Shown piece by piece: positions 10,848 through 21,062 of a stretch of 44,699 nucleotides of DNA. Position 1 is the first letter of the stretch; the number at the start of each line of letters is the position of its first letter. The translations under genes and the position numbers were made by a program. The stretch is taken from the NCBI GenBank assembly GCA_008369845.1, contig MRSU01000244.1, positions 1 to 44,699 on the forward strand, given 5' to 3'. The notes below the pieces were generated by a model that was not told where the DNA came from, did no database searches, and was given only the letters and a program-made list of their open reading frames with translations. This DNA comes from Trichomonas gallinae (Eukaryota).

Positions 10848-12317
10848 ATGGAGAAGATGATCGAAGCGTGCAAAACTGGAAATATCCACCTTGTCCAAAC
10901 ACTCTTACAGAAGGGAGTCAAGGTTGATGTCCAGGATTCAGAGAAATGGACCCCTCTTCATTACGCTGTAATTGGTAAATTCAACGAACTAGTCAACATT
11001 TTGTTCCAAAATAACGCAAATGCCAATGTTAAGACAAACGCCGGACTAACACCACTGCATTTAGCAGCACAAATCGATGATGATATAATTTTAACATCGT
11101 TGATCGAAAATGGAGCTGATTTTACACTACGAGACAATAAGAAATCAACAGCATTGCACTATGCCGTAGCAAATGGTTCACTTTCATGCACAAATATTTT
11201 ACTTGATTTCGGTGCTGACCCAAACGTATTCGATGAGCTTTATTACAGTCCACTGCACTATGCAGTACAAGCTTCCAACATAGAAGCAATGAATCTTTTG
11301 ATCAAATTCAACGCAAATCCAGGAATAATTATGAATCCAGAAAGAGTTGCTACAGGAACAGTTTTCTGGTCCCCATTACACATTGCTGTTCAAAATAACT
11401 TCCTCAACTGTGCTACAATTCTTCTTCAAGCTGGTGCAGATATCAATGTTGTTAATAAACAGAAAGCAACGCCACTTCACATCGCGGCGCAGTATAAATC
11501 CACTGACATGGTGCAACTATTGATAAACAATGGAGCAAAAGTTTCAGCAAAAGATATCGATAACGATACATCATTAATTCTTGCTATTCGCTCTCATCAG
11601 AAGCAAAACATAGAATTCCTTTGCGATGAAAAGTCAATTACTGCTAAGAATTCGGTTGGACAGACTGCATTACACGTTGCCGCATCTTATGGATTTGCAG
11701 ATATTGCTCAGGAGTTGATTACTCATGGTGCTGATGTCAATGCTGTAGATGTAGATGGAAATACACCATTACATCTCGCAACAATGGCGAAAAGCGGAGA
11801 AACTGTTCAAGTTCTTCTTGATTTTGGCGCTGACCCTAAAATTAGAAACCACAAGAAGCTTCCTGGTAATAAGGTAATCCAGAATGGCGGTGTTTCGCCG
11901 TTTGTTCTCTCAACTGGCGAAATTTCTAAAATTATTCGCAATAATCTTAATAATGAAATCACTGCTACGCCAACATCAGGAATTAAGCAGTCTCCGTCGA
12001 GAATGTCTGTTAATGTTGGAAATAACAGCGCAAAATCTACACCAAAATCGAAATCTTCCGCAAAGTCTCCAGCAACTTCTCCTAAGTCTCCATCTAGAAG
12101 TAATATAAGACAGTTGCCAAAGGAGAAGTCAAATAAGCCTGCCTACGCCAGTAAAATGGATGAATTGCTCAGGAAAGATTGCCGCAACCTCGGCGAGTTG
12201 AAAGAGCAAGTAAATAATGCTGTCGACGAGATTTGCACATATATGGAATCACGTATTAAAGAGCTTCAAGGTTTGATTGATGAAATTCATCAGGATTTTG
12301 ATGACAATACAAATTAG
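10848..12317 (+). CDS. Ankyrin-repeat protein with Ser/Pro/Lys-rich linker and C-terminal helical region
   Basis: Likely ATG at 10848 (MEKMIEACK). About 9-10 TPLH/TALH ankyrin repeats. Confidence 0.9.
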   Translation: MEKMIEACKTGNIHLVQTLLQKGVKVDVQDSEKWTPLHYAVIGKFNELVNILFQNNANANVKTNAGLTPLHLAAQIDDDIILTSLIENGADFTLRDNKKSTALHYAVANGSLSCTNILLDFGADPNVFDELYYSPLHYAVQASNIEAMNLLIKFNANPGIIMNPERVATGTVFWSPLHIAVQNNFLNCATILLQAGADINVVNKQKATPLHIAAQYKSTDMVQLLINNGAKVSAKDIDNDTSLILAIRSHQKQNIEFLCDEKSITAKNSVGQTALHVAASYGFADIAQELITHGADVNAVDVDGNTPLHLATMAKSGETVQVLLDFGADPKIRNHKKLPGNKVIQNGGVSPFVLSTGEISKIIRNNLNNEITATPTSGIKQSPSRMSVNVGNNSAKSTPKSKSSAKSPATSPKSPSRSNIRQLPKEKSNKPAYASKMDELLRKDCRNLGELKEQVNNAVDEICTYMESRIKELQGLIDEIHQDFDDNTN

Positions 12318-12520
12318 AATCGAGTAAATATTATATATTTTCAAATGTTTAATTTCATCGAGTCAAATGAATTGTTATATTATATAACTAGATGTGTGTG
12401 TTCATTGTATTGGATATAATATATGAATGCTTTGATATTTCAAATGACAAACTTATATTGTTGAAATTTTTTGCAATTAAAAAAATATAAACATTATATC
12501 ATTCTAAACACTATCTTATG

Positions 12521-12790
12521 TACTCTAAGTTTATATATGAATGTTTCAATCTTTGTAAATGCATATTTCTCCGTCAATATTTTGGAATAAAAAGTATTCA
12601 TTTCTGAAATCGGTTTAAGTGTCACATGATATACTCTAAGTTTATATATGAATGTTTCAATATTAAAAATGCATATTTTTTAAAAAATATTTTGAAATAA
12701 AAAATATTCAAATGTGGAATCACATTAAATATCACACAATGCACTCCGCAGAAATTTATAAATGTTTTGGTATTTAAAATAACAAACATA
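12521..12790. repeat. Degenerate intergenic tandem repeat, ~111-bp unit, ~2.5 copies
   Basis: tactctaagtttatatatgaatgtttcaat is identical at 12521 and 12632. A decayed third copy starts at ~12742. Confidence 0.8.
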
Positions 12791-13126
12791 TGTTCAACAT
12801 TTTTGAAAATAAATCATATTGTTATAATCAATGTGAATTTTCAATATTTAAATCTTAATATAGTAGTTTATTCTATTTATTCACCGTTTGTGCTTTAAAA
12901 CAGTTCAGATTTGCTTATATGGTAAAATTAAAATGAGAATCGAGTTTGCAGTTAAACAGCAGATTTATCATCATAAATATATGCCAAAAATTAGTGTTTC
13001 GAAGCTTAAAAGCCCATTTTCATAATTGGTCAAGTAAAATTTTGACAAAATATTTTTATTTGATATTTGTGCTATTTATTGCATGTTGAGCCTATGTTAG
13101 TTAAAATTTTGTAAAAACTGCCATAA

Positions 13127-14806
13127 ATGAATGAAGATGATCAATTTTCTAGAATTGTTGATGTGTTAAAAGCTGACAACGAAGAAGAATTGATCAAAAT
13201 CGGCATAGAGGATGGAAATATGATAAACTTATTTCCTGAAAATCAAAGAAAACAGATATTAGAATCGTATCACTTAACAGATGAAGATTTTACAATTAAT
13301 TTACTGTGCATATACTATAATAGCATGAAATACATAGAATGCATTATGAAATACTCAGTTTTCTCTAACAGATTAATTAATGCCGCGATTCATTCAAAAA
13401 AATTCGAGATAGTTAAAAAAATCCTAGAAAATCAAGATATCGAAGAGTCAGATGACCCATCAATACTAATTAATTCATATGTAATGCCTAAAGAAATCCT
13501 ACATTTACTTTTATCAAAGAAAAAAATAGCAATAAACAATAAAACAAGCGAAGGATTAGTACCACTCATTGAATCCATACGCATTGATGATATTGAAATT
13601 GCAAAAATGTTGCTAGAAAATGGAGCAAATCCATTCTTTCCTGAAGAAAACCCTTCTATCTTCGAAGCTGCAAAAACCAACAAAATCGAATTCCTGGAGT
13701 TGCTCCTCAACTACATACAGACAGACCAAATAAATCAAACTACAGAGCTCGCGTTCAAGTTCATCAACAACTTCCCAGTCTTCGAGAAATTCATCAAAAG
13801 TTCGAAGGTGGATATAAATTATTCGAATAATCCCGTAACACTTCTTCAACACGCAATCTACGCAAATCTAACTGAGTCAATCAATTTACTTTTAGATAAT
13901 GAAAGCTTAGACCCCAATGCTGTTGATTCTTCGCACAAAACAGCAATTTACTACGCGATCCTCAAAGATAATATCGAAGCAATAAAGAAACTTCTGCTCA
14001 ATCCAAAAACTGATTGCAACTTTTCATACATGAATGAGCCGACACCTTTGACATTCGCTATAAGGAAAGGCAGCAGTAATGCTTTGGCTGTTTTGATTCA
14101 ATGTCAGAGAGTTACAATCAGCCAGCAGCAAGCTTTTTCATTCATTACGAAAGGCTTCGCTTTCGGCGTCGCTGTTTCATTGAAGCGCGGAATCAACTTT
14201 GGATCATATCCGCAGAACATTTTCAATGCTCTGAAGACAGGTAATGTTGAGATTCTTAGATTGCTGCTGAGTTCAAGGCAGTTCACTGGGAACGAAATTG
14301 ACCAAAATCATGGATGTACTCCACTGCATTTAGTTTGCCATGAGGTCAAATTTCCTATCATAGGAACCAGGCTTATTCTTCTTTACCCTTCGATAAATGT
14401 CAACTCGAGAGACTTCAATGGAAACACGCCACTTCACATGGCTGTCGCTGCTGGAAACTACTGTGCTGTTCATGCGCTGCTTGAGACAGAAACGATTGAT
14501 GTTAACGCCCTTAACAACGCGAAAAACTCGCCGCTCGATATTGCAGTTAAGAAAGGCAACATTGAGATCCTCAACATGCTACTGTCAAGCGGGCACTGTG
14601 ATGTAAACAGGGTGCAGCCTATAAATATGACGGCACTGATGCAAGCTGCGTTTGAAGGAAAGTATGATGTCGTCAAAGCTTTAGTAGAAACAGGAAACGC
14701 GGATATTTCTATTAAGACAGAATTTGGCACAGCGATAGACTGTGCAGCAAGACGGAATAATATAGACATTGCAAAATATTTGTTTGAAAAATGTAAGAAT
14801 ACGTAA
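13127..14806 (+). CDS. Ankyrin-repeat protein
   Basis: 559 aa with multiple ankyrin repeats (GCTPLHLVC, GNTPLHMAV, NSPLDIAV, MTALMQAA). Confidence 0.9.
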   Translation: MNEDDQFSRIVDVLKADNEEELIKIGIEDGNMINLFPENQRKQILESYHLTDEDFTINLLCIYYNSMKYIECIMKYSVFSNRLINAAIHSKKFEIVKKILENQDIEESDDPSILINSYVMPKEILHLLLSKKKIAINNKTSEGLVPLIESIRIDDIEIAKMLLENGANPFFPEENPSIFEAAKTNKIEFLELLLNYIQTDQINQTTELAFKFINNFPVFEKFIKSSKVDINYSNNPVTLLQHAIYANLTESINLLLDNESLDPNAVDSSHKTAIYYAILKDNIEAIKKLLLNPKTDCNFSYMNEPTPLTFAIRKGSSNALAVLIQCQRVTISQQQAFSFITKGFAFGVAVSLKRGINFGSYPQNIFNALKTGNVEILRLLLSSRQFTGNEIDQNHGCTPLHLVCHEVKFPIIGTRLILLYPSINVNSRDFNGNTPLHMAVAAGNYCAVHALLETETIDVNALNNAKNSPLDIAVKKGNIEILNMLLSSGHCDVNRVQPINMTALMQAAFEGKYDVVKALVETGNADISIKTEFGTAIDCAARRNNIDIAKYLFEKCKNT

Positions 14807-15285
14807 CTTTTATTTTCTTTTTGTTAGTATAAACTATATGTTTGAATGTATTAATCATTCCTTTCAATTCACATAACATTTCCTCAATAAGATTGCGAGC
14901 ACTCCCTCGCCGCTGAGGGCATTCTAAATATATTATGGATATATAAAGATTATGGTTAGAATTTCAATTTTTCGTCCAGCGAAAAAAAAAACTCGATTAA
15001 AAATTGTTTCGTTTCAAATTGGCGCGTAATAAGGAATAAAACATTCTAATATAATAAAACTTCAGATGATACTCTATAATGATATGTTTGTTCGTAAGTT
15101 GTAACTAATTCCTATCAAAAAATAAAGGGGATTTCTCACAACTTTTTGTCCACCCTGTATATATGATAAAGATATTGTAATATCTTCATATATAATCATT
15201 AATGGTATTAGTTTAGTCTTCATTACATGGTCATTGTTACTACTAATAATTTCACAATCATAGATGAATTATGCATGAAATTAAT

Positions 15286-15381
15286 TGACATGTAAAATAA
15301 AGTCTAATTTTGCTATGTAAAGTGATAATATTTGACGTGTAAAGTATAGGTTTGTGCGATTTTGTAAATATTTACATGACA
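15286..15381. promoter_or_regulatory. Cluster of TGACNNGTAA/TTACATGACA motifs
   Basis: tgacatgtaa 15286, tgctatgtaa 15311, tgacgtgtaa 15333, ttacatgaca 15372. Confidence 0.6.
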
Positions 15382-15492
15382 ATTTTGGGTGGAATTGTTA
15401 AAAATGAGATATAATAGGCTATAAATGATATATATGCGTAAAATAGTTAAATTAGCCGGGTTAGTTTTTCTTACATTTTTTTTAGTTAACGC

Positions 15493-15519
15493 ACCGTTTT
15501 AAAACGGTTAGACTTATAA
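15493..15519 (+). promoter_or_regulatory. 16-bp palindrome (M3/Myb-like sites) followed by GACTTATAA
   Basis: accgttttaaaacggt at 15493-15508 is a perfect palindrome. Its AACGGTTA half fits the T. vaginalis M3 core-promoter consensus as recalled. GACTTATAA lies at 15511-15519, just before ATG 15529. Confidence 0.5.
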
Positions 15520-15528
15520 TATACAAAA

Positions 15529-16068
15529 ATGAGCGCCGACGATGTGAAGCAGGCTGAAATTGATGCCAAGACAGCCGCAATTATTGCCGAAAATGGTGGC
15601 CTCAACTACTTAAATGCTAATTATATTCACAACTTCGCCAAATCCGCTATTGGTGCTAACGATGCTATTTTAGCTCGCCTTCAGCCAGATATTGATGTAG
15701 ACATGAACGACCCAGCTTGGAGACAGGCAATTTGTGTCGCCCTTGCTTTCATCAAACGCTACCATCTTGACGAAACACTCGATACAATGAGACTCGAATT
15801 CCCAGAAGAAAAGGGTCTTCCACATAAGACTGGTTTCACAAAGTCTAAGGATATTGAAGCATTTTTCGATAAAATCGCAGTAGCTGTAGCTGATATGAAA
15901 TCTCGTACGTTTGAGAAGAATGTTGATTTATTTGCTGCTGAGGCTGGCCTTGAAGTTAACAAGCGCCCAACCCGCGAAAGCCGCAGAAATAAAGATGTAG
16001 CCCCAGAAAGCCCATCTACAGGCGGCAGCCACGGATCTCATAGACATCACCGCAGCTCCAGAAATTAA
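15529..16068 (+). CDS. LisH-containing protein, FOP/FOR20/TONNEAU1-like (divergent)
   Basis: TOF-like N-terminal helix (KTAAIIAENGGLNYLNA) plus LisH-like ALAFIKRYHLDETLDTMRLE. Paralogous to 28588..29043. Confidence 0.6.
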   Translation: MSADDVKQAEIDAKTAAIIAENGGLNYLNANYIHNFAKSAIGANDAILARLQPDIDVDMNDPAWRQAICVALAFIKRYHLDETLDTMRLEFPEEKGLPHKTGFTKSKDIEAFFDKIAVAVADMKSRTFEKNVDLFAAEAGLEVNKRPTRESRRNKDVAPESPSTGGSHGSHRHHRSSRN

Positions 16069-16416
16069 ACAGTGCCTTTATATTTTTCGTAGTCATTCAT
16101 TATTTACAACAAAAAATAAAAATATTTTCTTTTTATTAACGAATTTTGATCCATTTCTAAACGAATTCATGAGTTAAAATCTCAGATTAACAACTTGTTA
16201 AAAATTTTAGTGAATAAAAATTACAAAATAAAAACAAATTTATTAAATATATTAATAACAAACTCGAATAGCAAGTAACTATCATTAATATTTGCATTGA
16301 AAATATTAGCTAAATGACTGGCGAGATCTTCATATTTTTCAAAAAATCATCTGAATTGGCGACAATTTTACATGTTTTTGTCGTACCAATAGTTACTATA
16401 TATGTATTGATAGGAT

Positions 16417-17406
16417 TTAAAACATTGTGTGAATCCATTTATAGTAGCGTTTTGCTGCAAGTTGTTGAGATTGAAATTCTGTAGGATAATCGTCAGATAA
16501 AGCTAACTGAACAACTAAATCTTCGTTGCTTATATTAAATTCAAATTCCTCAGGAATTGAATATTCTTCCATTATCAAACTGAGATTAATGGAATATTTT
16601 TGGGCCATTTCGATATATTTTCCTGTTATCATGCTTCCAAGTAAAACTTCTGGATATTCTGGATTTTCGGGAATTGATTGAAAATGAATCCAATCATTTG
16701 GTAGTTTAATTGATGATGATAGTGAATTAACTAAAAACTTCCTGAAACTCCAAAGTGTTTCGTGGCCTGGAAACTCAAATAAATTCTTTGTATTTGTTTG
16801 TAATTCTTTCATCAAAGCATCAACGGTTTTTGGCATAATATATTGATAATATGAATATGCTGAGCTATCGGATGGATGAATTTGTGTCCAATTCTGAATC
16901 CATGAAAAATCTTCAATTTCATGCGGAAAATTCTCATATAACCAGATTCTATGTGTCCAGAGCAAGTAGTTTCTAGGGCGTTTTGGTGTTAAAAAATTAC
17001 AAAACTCATATTCTTGCTTGATCAATTGTGTATCTGCTTTAAAATTGAATAAAAGCTCTCTAATTCTAGCAAAAGCTCCTGGACACTTGGGATTAACAGT
17101 TAATCCCTTGTGACAGAGGTCAATTTCATTTTTCAAATCTGAGTCATTTTGTGATTTAAGTGTTTTTCTTAAAATAAATGGTCTTTCATCATGAGACCCT
17201 ATCAATACTCCAATTAATGATGCTTTTTCTGGCTGATTTTCAAGTTCTGCAATTGAAAATTTTGTAAGTTCCTTTAAGAACGATTTTGTCATTGCCATTT
17301 CATCACCTGAGACAATATATCCATCAGTTTCGGGTATATAGAAATCGGATACTGCTTCAATGCTTTTCACATTTTTTGAAGCATCAATAAATTCGTCAAT
17401 TTTCAT
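16417..17406 (-). CDS. Protein prenyltransferase alpha-subunit repeat protein, PTAR1-like
   Basis: PPTA repeats NPKCPGAF, PRNYLLWTHRIWL, HPSDSSAYSYYQ and PGHETLWSFRK. The last two are typical of PTAR1. Confidence 0.75.
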   Translation of the reverse strand: MKIDEFIDASKNVKSIEAVSDFYIPETDGYIVSGDEMAMTKSFLKELTKFSIAELENQPEKASLIGVLIGSHDERPFILRKTLKSQNDSDLKNEIDLCHKGLTVNPKCPGAFARIRELLFNFKADTQLIKQEYEFCNFLTPKRPRNYLLWTHRIWLYENFPHEIEDFSWIQNWTQIHPSDSSAYSYYQYIMPKTVDALMKELQTNTKNLFEFPGHETLWSFRKFLVNSLSSSIKLPNDWIHFQSIPENPEYPEVLLGSMITGKYIEMAQKYSINLSLIMEEYSIPEEFEFNISNEDLVVQLALSDDYPTEFQSQQLAAKRYYKWIHTMF

Positions 17407-17417
17407 TTATCAAACCT

Positions 17418-17640
17418 TTACATGACAAAACTAATTGAATTGGTGTATTACTTGTCAAATAAATAGATTTTGATAACGTTACAAGTCATGATTGATTTTG
17501 TAAATTTTTACACGTCAAAACTAATATGGGTATAAAATTTACTTGTCAAATAAAATATTTTGAGAATATTACGTGTCAAAATAAATTTTGTAATAAATTA
17601 CACGGCAAATTTCATTTAATTTTAGATTTTACATGTCAAA
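17418..17640. repeat. Eight-copy, 30-bp-period array of TTACNNG(T/A/G)CA with ~90-bp higher-order structure in a bidirectional promoter
   Basis: Motif starts at 17418, 17448, 17479, 17508, 17539, 17569, 17598 and 17629 (spacing 29-31). Confidence 0.9.
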
Positions 17641-17664
17641 AATATTGTCAGTTTTATTTTTTTC

Positions 17665-17976
17665 ATGGCGGACGAATCTTCATCGAAAATGGTTTATGAA
17701 TACATGCAGCGCAAGAAACAGAAACAATTATTGGATGGTATGATGGAACAAGCCCCTAATTTTAATCAATACATGATTGGAACGAATGGCGTTAATCCAA
17801 ACGTTTTTCACCCATCATTAATCTTTGAGACTATCAGGCACGGACAATCAAAAACCATCGCTAATCAAATTCAGCTACATAACGTTGAAAACTACCCATC
17901 AAGAAACTCTGGATATGAAATTCCACCGGCTCCAATCAAAGCAAGCCAATTCAACCAGTACTTTGGAGAAATTTAA
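17665..17976 (+). CDS. Small hypothetical protein
   Basis: 103-aa ATG ORF with coding-like GC content, flanked by AT-rich UTR-like sequence. Confidence 0.65.
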   Translation: MADESSSKMVYEYMQRKKQKQLLDGMMEQAPNFNQYMIGTNGVNPNVFHPSLIFETIRHGQSKTIANQIQLHNVENYPSRNSGYEIPPAPIKASQFNQYFGEI

Positions 17977-18140
17977 TGTTGTTTATTTGTTTTTAATTTG
18001 TTAACTTGATAAATAAAATATTTTTGTTTGAATTACTTTAGGAGTTATTTTAGTCGATTATAAATTTGCTAAAATATTTTTATGGCTATGGACAACAAAA
18101 ATAAAGAAGGAATTCAAAAAAGAAAAAAAAAAGTTTTATT

Positions 18141-18599
18141 TTAAAGTTCAAATGCCTTTCCAGGTTCAGCCAAGATTGCCTCACGCTGGTCAACAAGGCT
18201 CTGTATTGGATTAACGCGGGAAGATTCAACAAACTCGCCGGCAAGAATAATTTCATCAAGGAGCATGTAAGCATAATGGAAGCCGAAAATGATATCGACT
18301 TCACGGACATTTCCGAAGAAAGCATCGAGTGTTTCTACGTAGAAATGAATAGCATCTAACATCATTGACTCATTATCGTTAACGTCGACGCACATAACGA
18401 AGTAGAGGGAGGCGTATCTGTTGTAAACAAGCTTTTTGTCCTTCCATTCGATAAATGTGCAAAAGTTTGATGGACGGCTTAAAATAGCGTTTGAAACTTC
18501 ACGGGTGATTTTATCCTTAGATTTCTTTGTCTGTGGTTCGTACCATTTAGATAAACGGGCCTTGCCTTGGCGATTAAATACAAGGAAGAAATGTATCAT
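18141..18599 (-). CDS. Clathrin adaptor complex small (sigma) subunit, AP-1 sigma type
   Basis: NRQGKARLSKWY, FIEWKDKKLVYNRYASLYF, VETLDAFFGNV.E.DIIF.F, LDEIILAGE. Confidence 0.9.
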   Translation of the reverse strand: MIHFFLVFNRQGKARLSKWYEPQTKKSKDKITREVSNAILSRPSNFCTFIEWKDKKLVYNRYASLYFVMCVDVNDNESMMLDAIHFYVETLDAFFGNVREVDIIFGFHYAYMLLDEIILAGEFVESSRVNPIQSLVDQREAILAEPGKAFEL

Positions 18600-18734
18600 T
18601 TAATCGATAAAAAGTGTCAAACCGTCGACCAATAAATTTTTATTTTCTATGACTTTTTCGCTGTTTTTGGCCTTCTTAGGATGTCTTTAATGCATCTGTC
18701 GTTAAAAATTTAATCAGATCCGTAGCGTTTTTCG

Positions 18735-19667
18735 ATGATTCAGGATACGTGGCAGCAACCGGAGGCTTTCGGCATGGCTCCATGTCCGGACTTGACTCAG
18801 TATCGACACATATGCAGTTTTCTCGGTCTGGATGTCAACAAAATTCCAATAATTAAGAAAATTTTCATTAAAGACTGGGAATTATCTTTCACATTCCCTA
18901 TACTTGTAAATTTCATTATACTGAGTTCGTATGCAGTAAATGAAATCGTTCTTACAAAAATAATTCCATGGCTAGATTTCAAAGTCCAATTTTTAATGAC
19001 AATTCTCATGCTTTTGTTCGTTATTTCATACTGGATTGGAATTTTAGAAGGACCTGGCTATCTACCGTTTTACTATCCCTATAAAATGCACGACGATAAC
19101 GATGATCCTTACGAACTTGGCGGAGTCGTCACAACTAACGAGCAATTGGAGTTCGTCAAGCAGCAGCTTCCGATGCATAGGATAAAGTTCTTCAAATCCG
19201 CACGCAGAATTGTAATTCGTCCAGATCACTTCTGTTTATGGTTCGCTTCGTTCATTGGAAAGCGTAACCACAAGCTTTTCTTCCTGTTTAACTTTTGGGG
19301 GTTCATTTACATTTCGTTATTTTTTGGATTCGAATGTTATGCATTATATCTGATTACACAGAATTCTAAGCTGATGAACTACCTGATTCCAGTTATTATA
19401 TACCTATTTTTGGCTTTATACTTCGTAATAATGACAGGAACATTTACTTTTGAAATTACTTGGAATCTTTGCCGAAATGTCACCCAATTTGAATTGATGC
19501 AGAAAGACAAGATCCCACAGAGATACAAGACAGACATTCTTGACGGCTGGATTGAAGTTTTTGGTCCAACAGACAAATGGTACCTTTGGCTGATTCCTAT
19601 TCCAGCCTTTTACGGCATTGACAATAATTCACTCGTCAACAATTATATGGCCAACAAGATGTTATAA
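18735..19667 (+). CDS. DHHC-family palmitoyl acyltransferase (DHFC variant)
   Basis: Four TM segments, GPGY motif, RPDHFCLWFASFIGKRNHKLFFLF, NVTQFE (TTxE-like) and C-terminal EVFG...WLIP. Confidence 0.85.
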   Translation: MIQDTWQQPEAFGMAPCPDLTQYRHICSFLGLDVNKIPIIKKIFIKDWELSFTFPILVNFIILSSYAVNEIVLTKIIPWLDFKVQFLMTILMLLFVISYWIGILEGPGYLPFYYPYKMHDDNDDPYELGGVVTTNEQLEFVKQQLPMHRIKFFKSARRIVIRPDHFCLWFASFIGKRNHKLFFLFNFWGFIYISLFFGFECYALYLITQNSKLMNYLIPVIIYLFLALYFVIMTGTFTFEITWNLCRNVTQFELMQKDKIPQRYKTDILDGWIEVFGPTDKWYLWLIPIPAFYGIDNNSLVNNYMANKML

Positions 19668-19810
19668 TACACTTGATTTTTTTTTGTATTTTAATAAAAT
19701 TGTTTCTTTCCAATTGATTTCAACAAGCTGAAACAACAAGACTACATGTGTGAACAAGCTATATCGAGTTTTATTTTAAAAAACAAAAAAAATATTGAAT
19801 AAAATGAAAA

Positions 19811-20752
19811 TTATTGATTCATTTTGGCCAAATCAAAGTTGATATCAATGCCAAAATTGTTCTGTAGTGATGAATTGTTAAATGATGAACTTGCTGTAAA
19901 TTTCATCTTTAAATATGGCGGACAATCAACTCCGAGCTCGAGAATTGATGTCATATTTGAAGAAACCATTGCTCTGAATCCAGCATGTTCGTCAATTTTA
20001 ACGTGTGTAGCTGCATAACAAATATAATCGGCATCTCTCCATTTATTATCAGGATTTATACCAATATGTTCAGCGCGAAGAGACACACCTGCTTTTACTC
20101 TGTCTGATAACCTTCCTATTAATGTAAAATCAACTTCACCAACAACGAGTCTTCCTGATGTGGAGATTAAAAAGTTTGGAGAGTCGTAAGCTGCTACATA
20201 GCTTCCATCGCAGAGGAGTTTTCTGCCGAAATCATAAGTAAATGAGCCACCCAAGTTGAGAATTTTCTTTGATAAGAAATTAACTTGGAAAAGTCTGAAA
20301 TTGTTAAACAAATCGAGGTTAAGTGAGTATAAATTATTAAAAATTTTTGTTGTCGATGTAAAAGAAACAGGAAATTCATCTTCAAATTTTTGATGTGAGA
20401 ATCCAAACTTTTGTCTGACAGTCATGTAACCTAGTTCATGATTATATATGGCTTTAACCATTGATGGAGCCTGAGCGTTGAATGATATCAATGATGTTGT
20501 TGAAAAATTCGGAATTAGCCCTAATGATTTAACAATAACACGCATCGGCTCATCGTAGCTGTATGCTTCAACAATATACTGACTTTTTGGATAGTTCATA
20601 ACTGTCTGTATTTTTCCGCATAATTGGCCGATTTTACTCGTATCAAAAGCGGCTTTGACTGTTCCATTGTAGAACGGGATAGAAACAGATGCACCCTGCT
20701 GCACATCAAACTGAAATAATGAATTTTGCTTATTTACAAGAGATGAAATCAT
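19811..20752 (-). CDS. Eukaryotic porin-family beta-barrel, Tom40-like (probably hydrogenosomal)
   Basis: About 313 aa of alternating amphipathic beta-strands ending in a beta-signal-like NFGIDINFD. Likely ATG at 20752, preceded by AAAGTGAC (20759-20766, minus strand). Confidence 0.55.
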   Translation of the reverse strand: MISSLVNKQNSLFQFDVQQGASVSIPFYNGTVKAAFDTSKIGQLCGKIQTVMNYPKSQYIVEAYSYDEPMRVIVKSLGLIPNFSTTSLISFNAQAPSMVKAIYNHELGYMTVRQKFGFSHQKFEDEFPVSFTSTTKIFNNLYSLNLDLFNNFRLFQVNFLSKKILNLGGSFTYDFGRKLLCDGSYVAAYDSPNFLISTSGRLVVGEVDFTLIGRLSDRVKAGVSLRAEHIGINPDNKWRDADYICYAATHVKIDEHAGFRAMVSSNMTSILELGVDCPPYLKMKFTASSSFNNSSLQNNFGIDINFDLAKMNQ

Positions 20753-21062
20753 TTTTCTGTCACTTTTCATGGTTAAAACCCAAAATTCGCACATATTCCA
20801 TCTCTTTATCATCTAAAACCGCTACTTTCCAAATTATAAACCTCAAATCCCATTTTATTTTTTATTGCAAATATCTTTCATGAATTCTAATTATAAGACA
20901 CAGATGATTATGTTTCTGTCGATATGATATGTTGGTATTTTATGTAGTTTTGTCTATTCATGATGAAATTCGGAAATAAAAATTATAAAATATTGTAGGA
21001 AAAGTATAAAAATTGTAGAGACAACATAAGCCGAGTTTTATTTCATAGTAAAATGTGGTGGG

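Noticed and set aside
11045..11056. Trichomonad intron branch site (ACTAACAC)
   Set aside because: It is not followed by ACAG, lies within an intact ankyrin repeat, and has no matching 5' splice site.
12521..12631. 37-codon open frame on the minus strand of the 111-bp repeat, suggesting a protein repeat
   Set aside because: The second copy has frame-breaking indels and a stop, so the reading frame is not conserved.
14904..14919. GC hairpin ccctc-gccgct-gaggg as an ncRNA or terminator
   Set aside because: It is only a 5-bp stem with no supporting context.
17418..17640. CRISPR-like repeat-spacer array
   Set aside because: The conserved core is only ~10-12 bp and degenerate, spacers are ~20-bp AT-rich and related to each other, there are no cas genes, and the context is eukaryotic.
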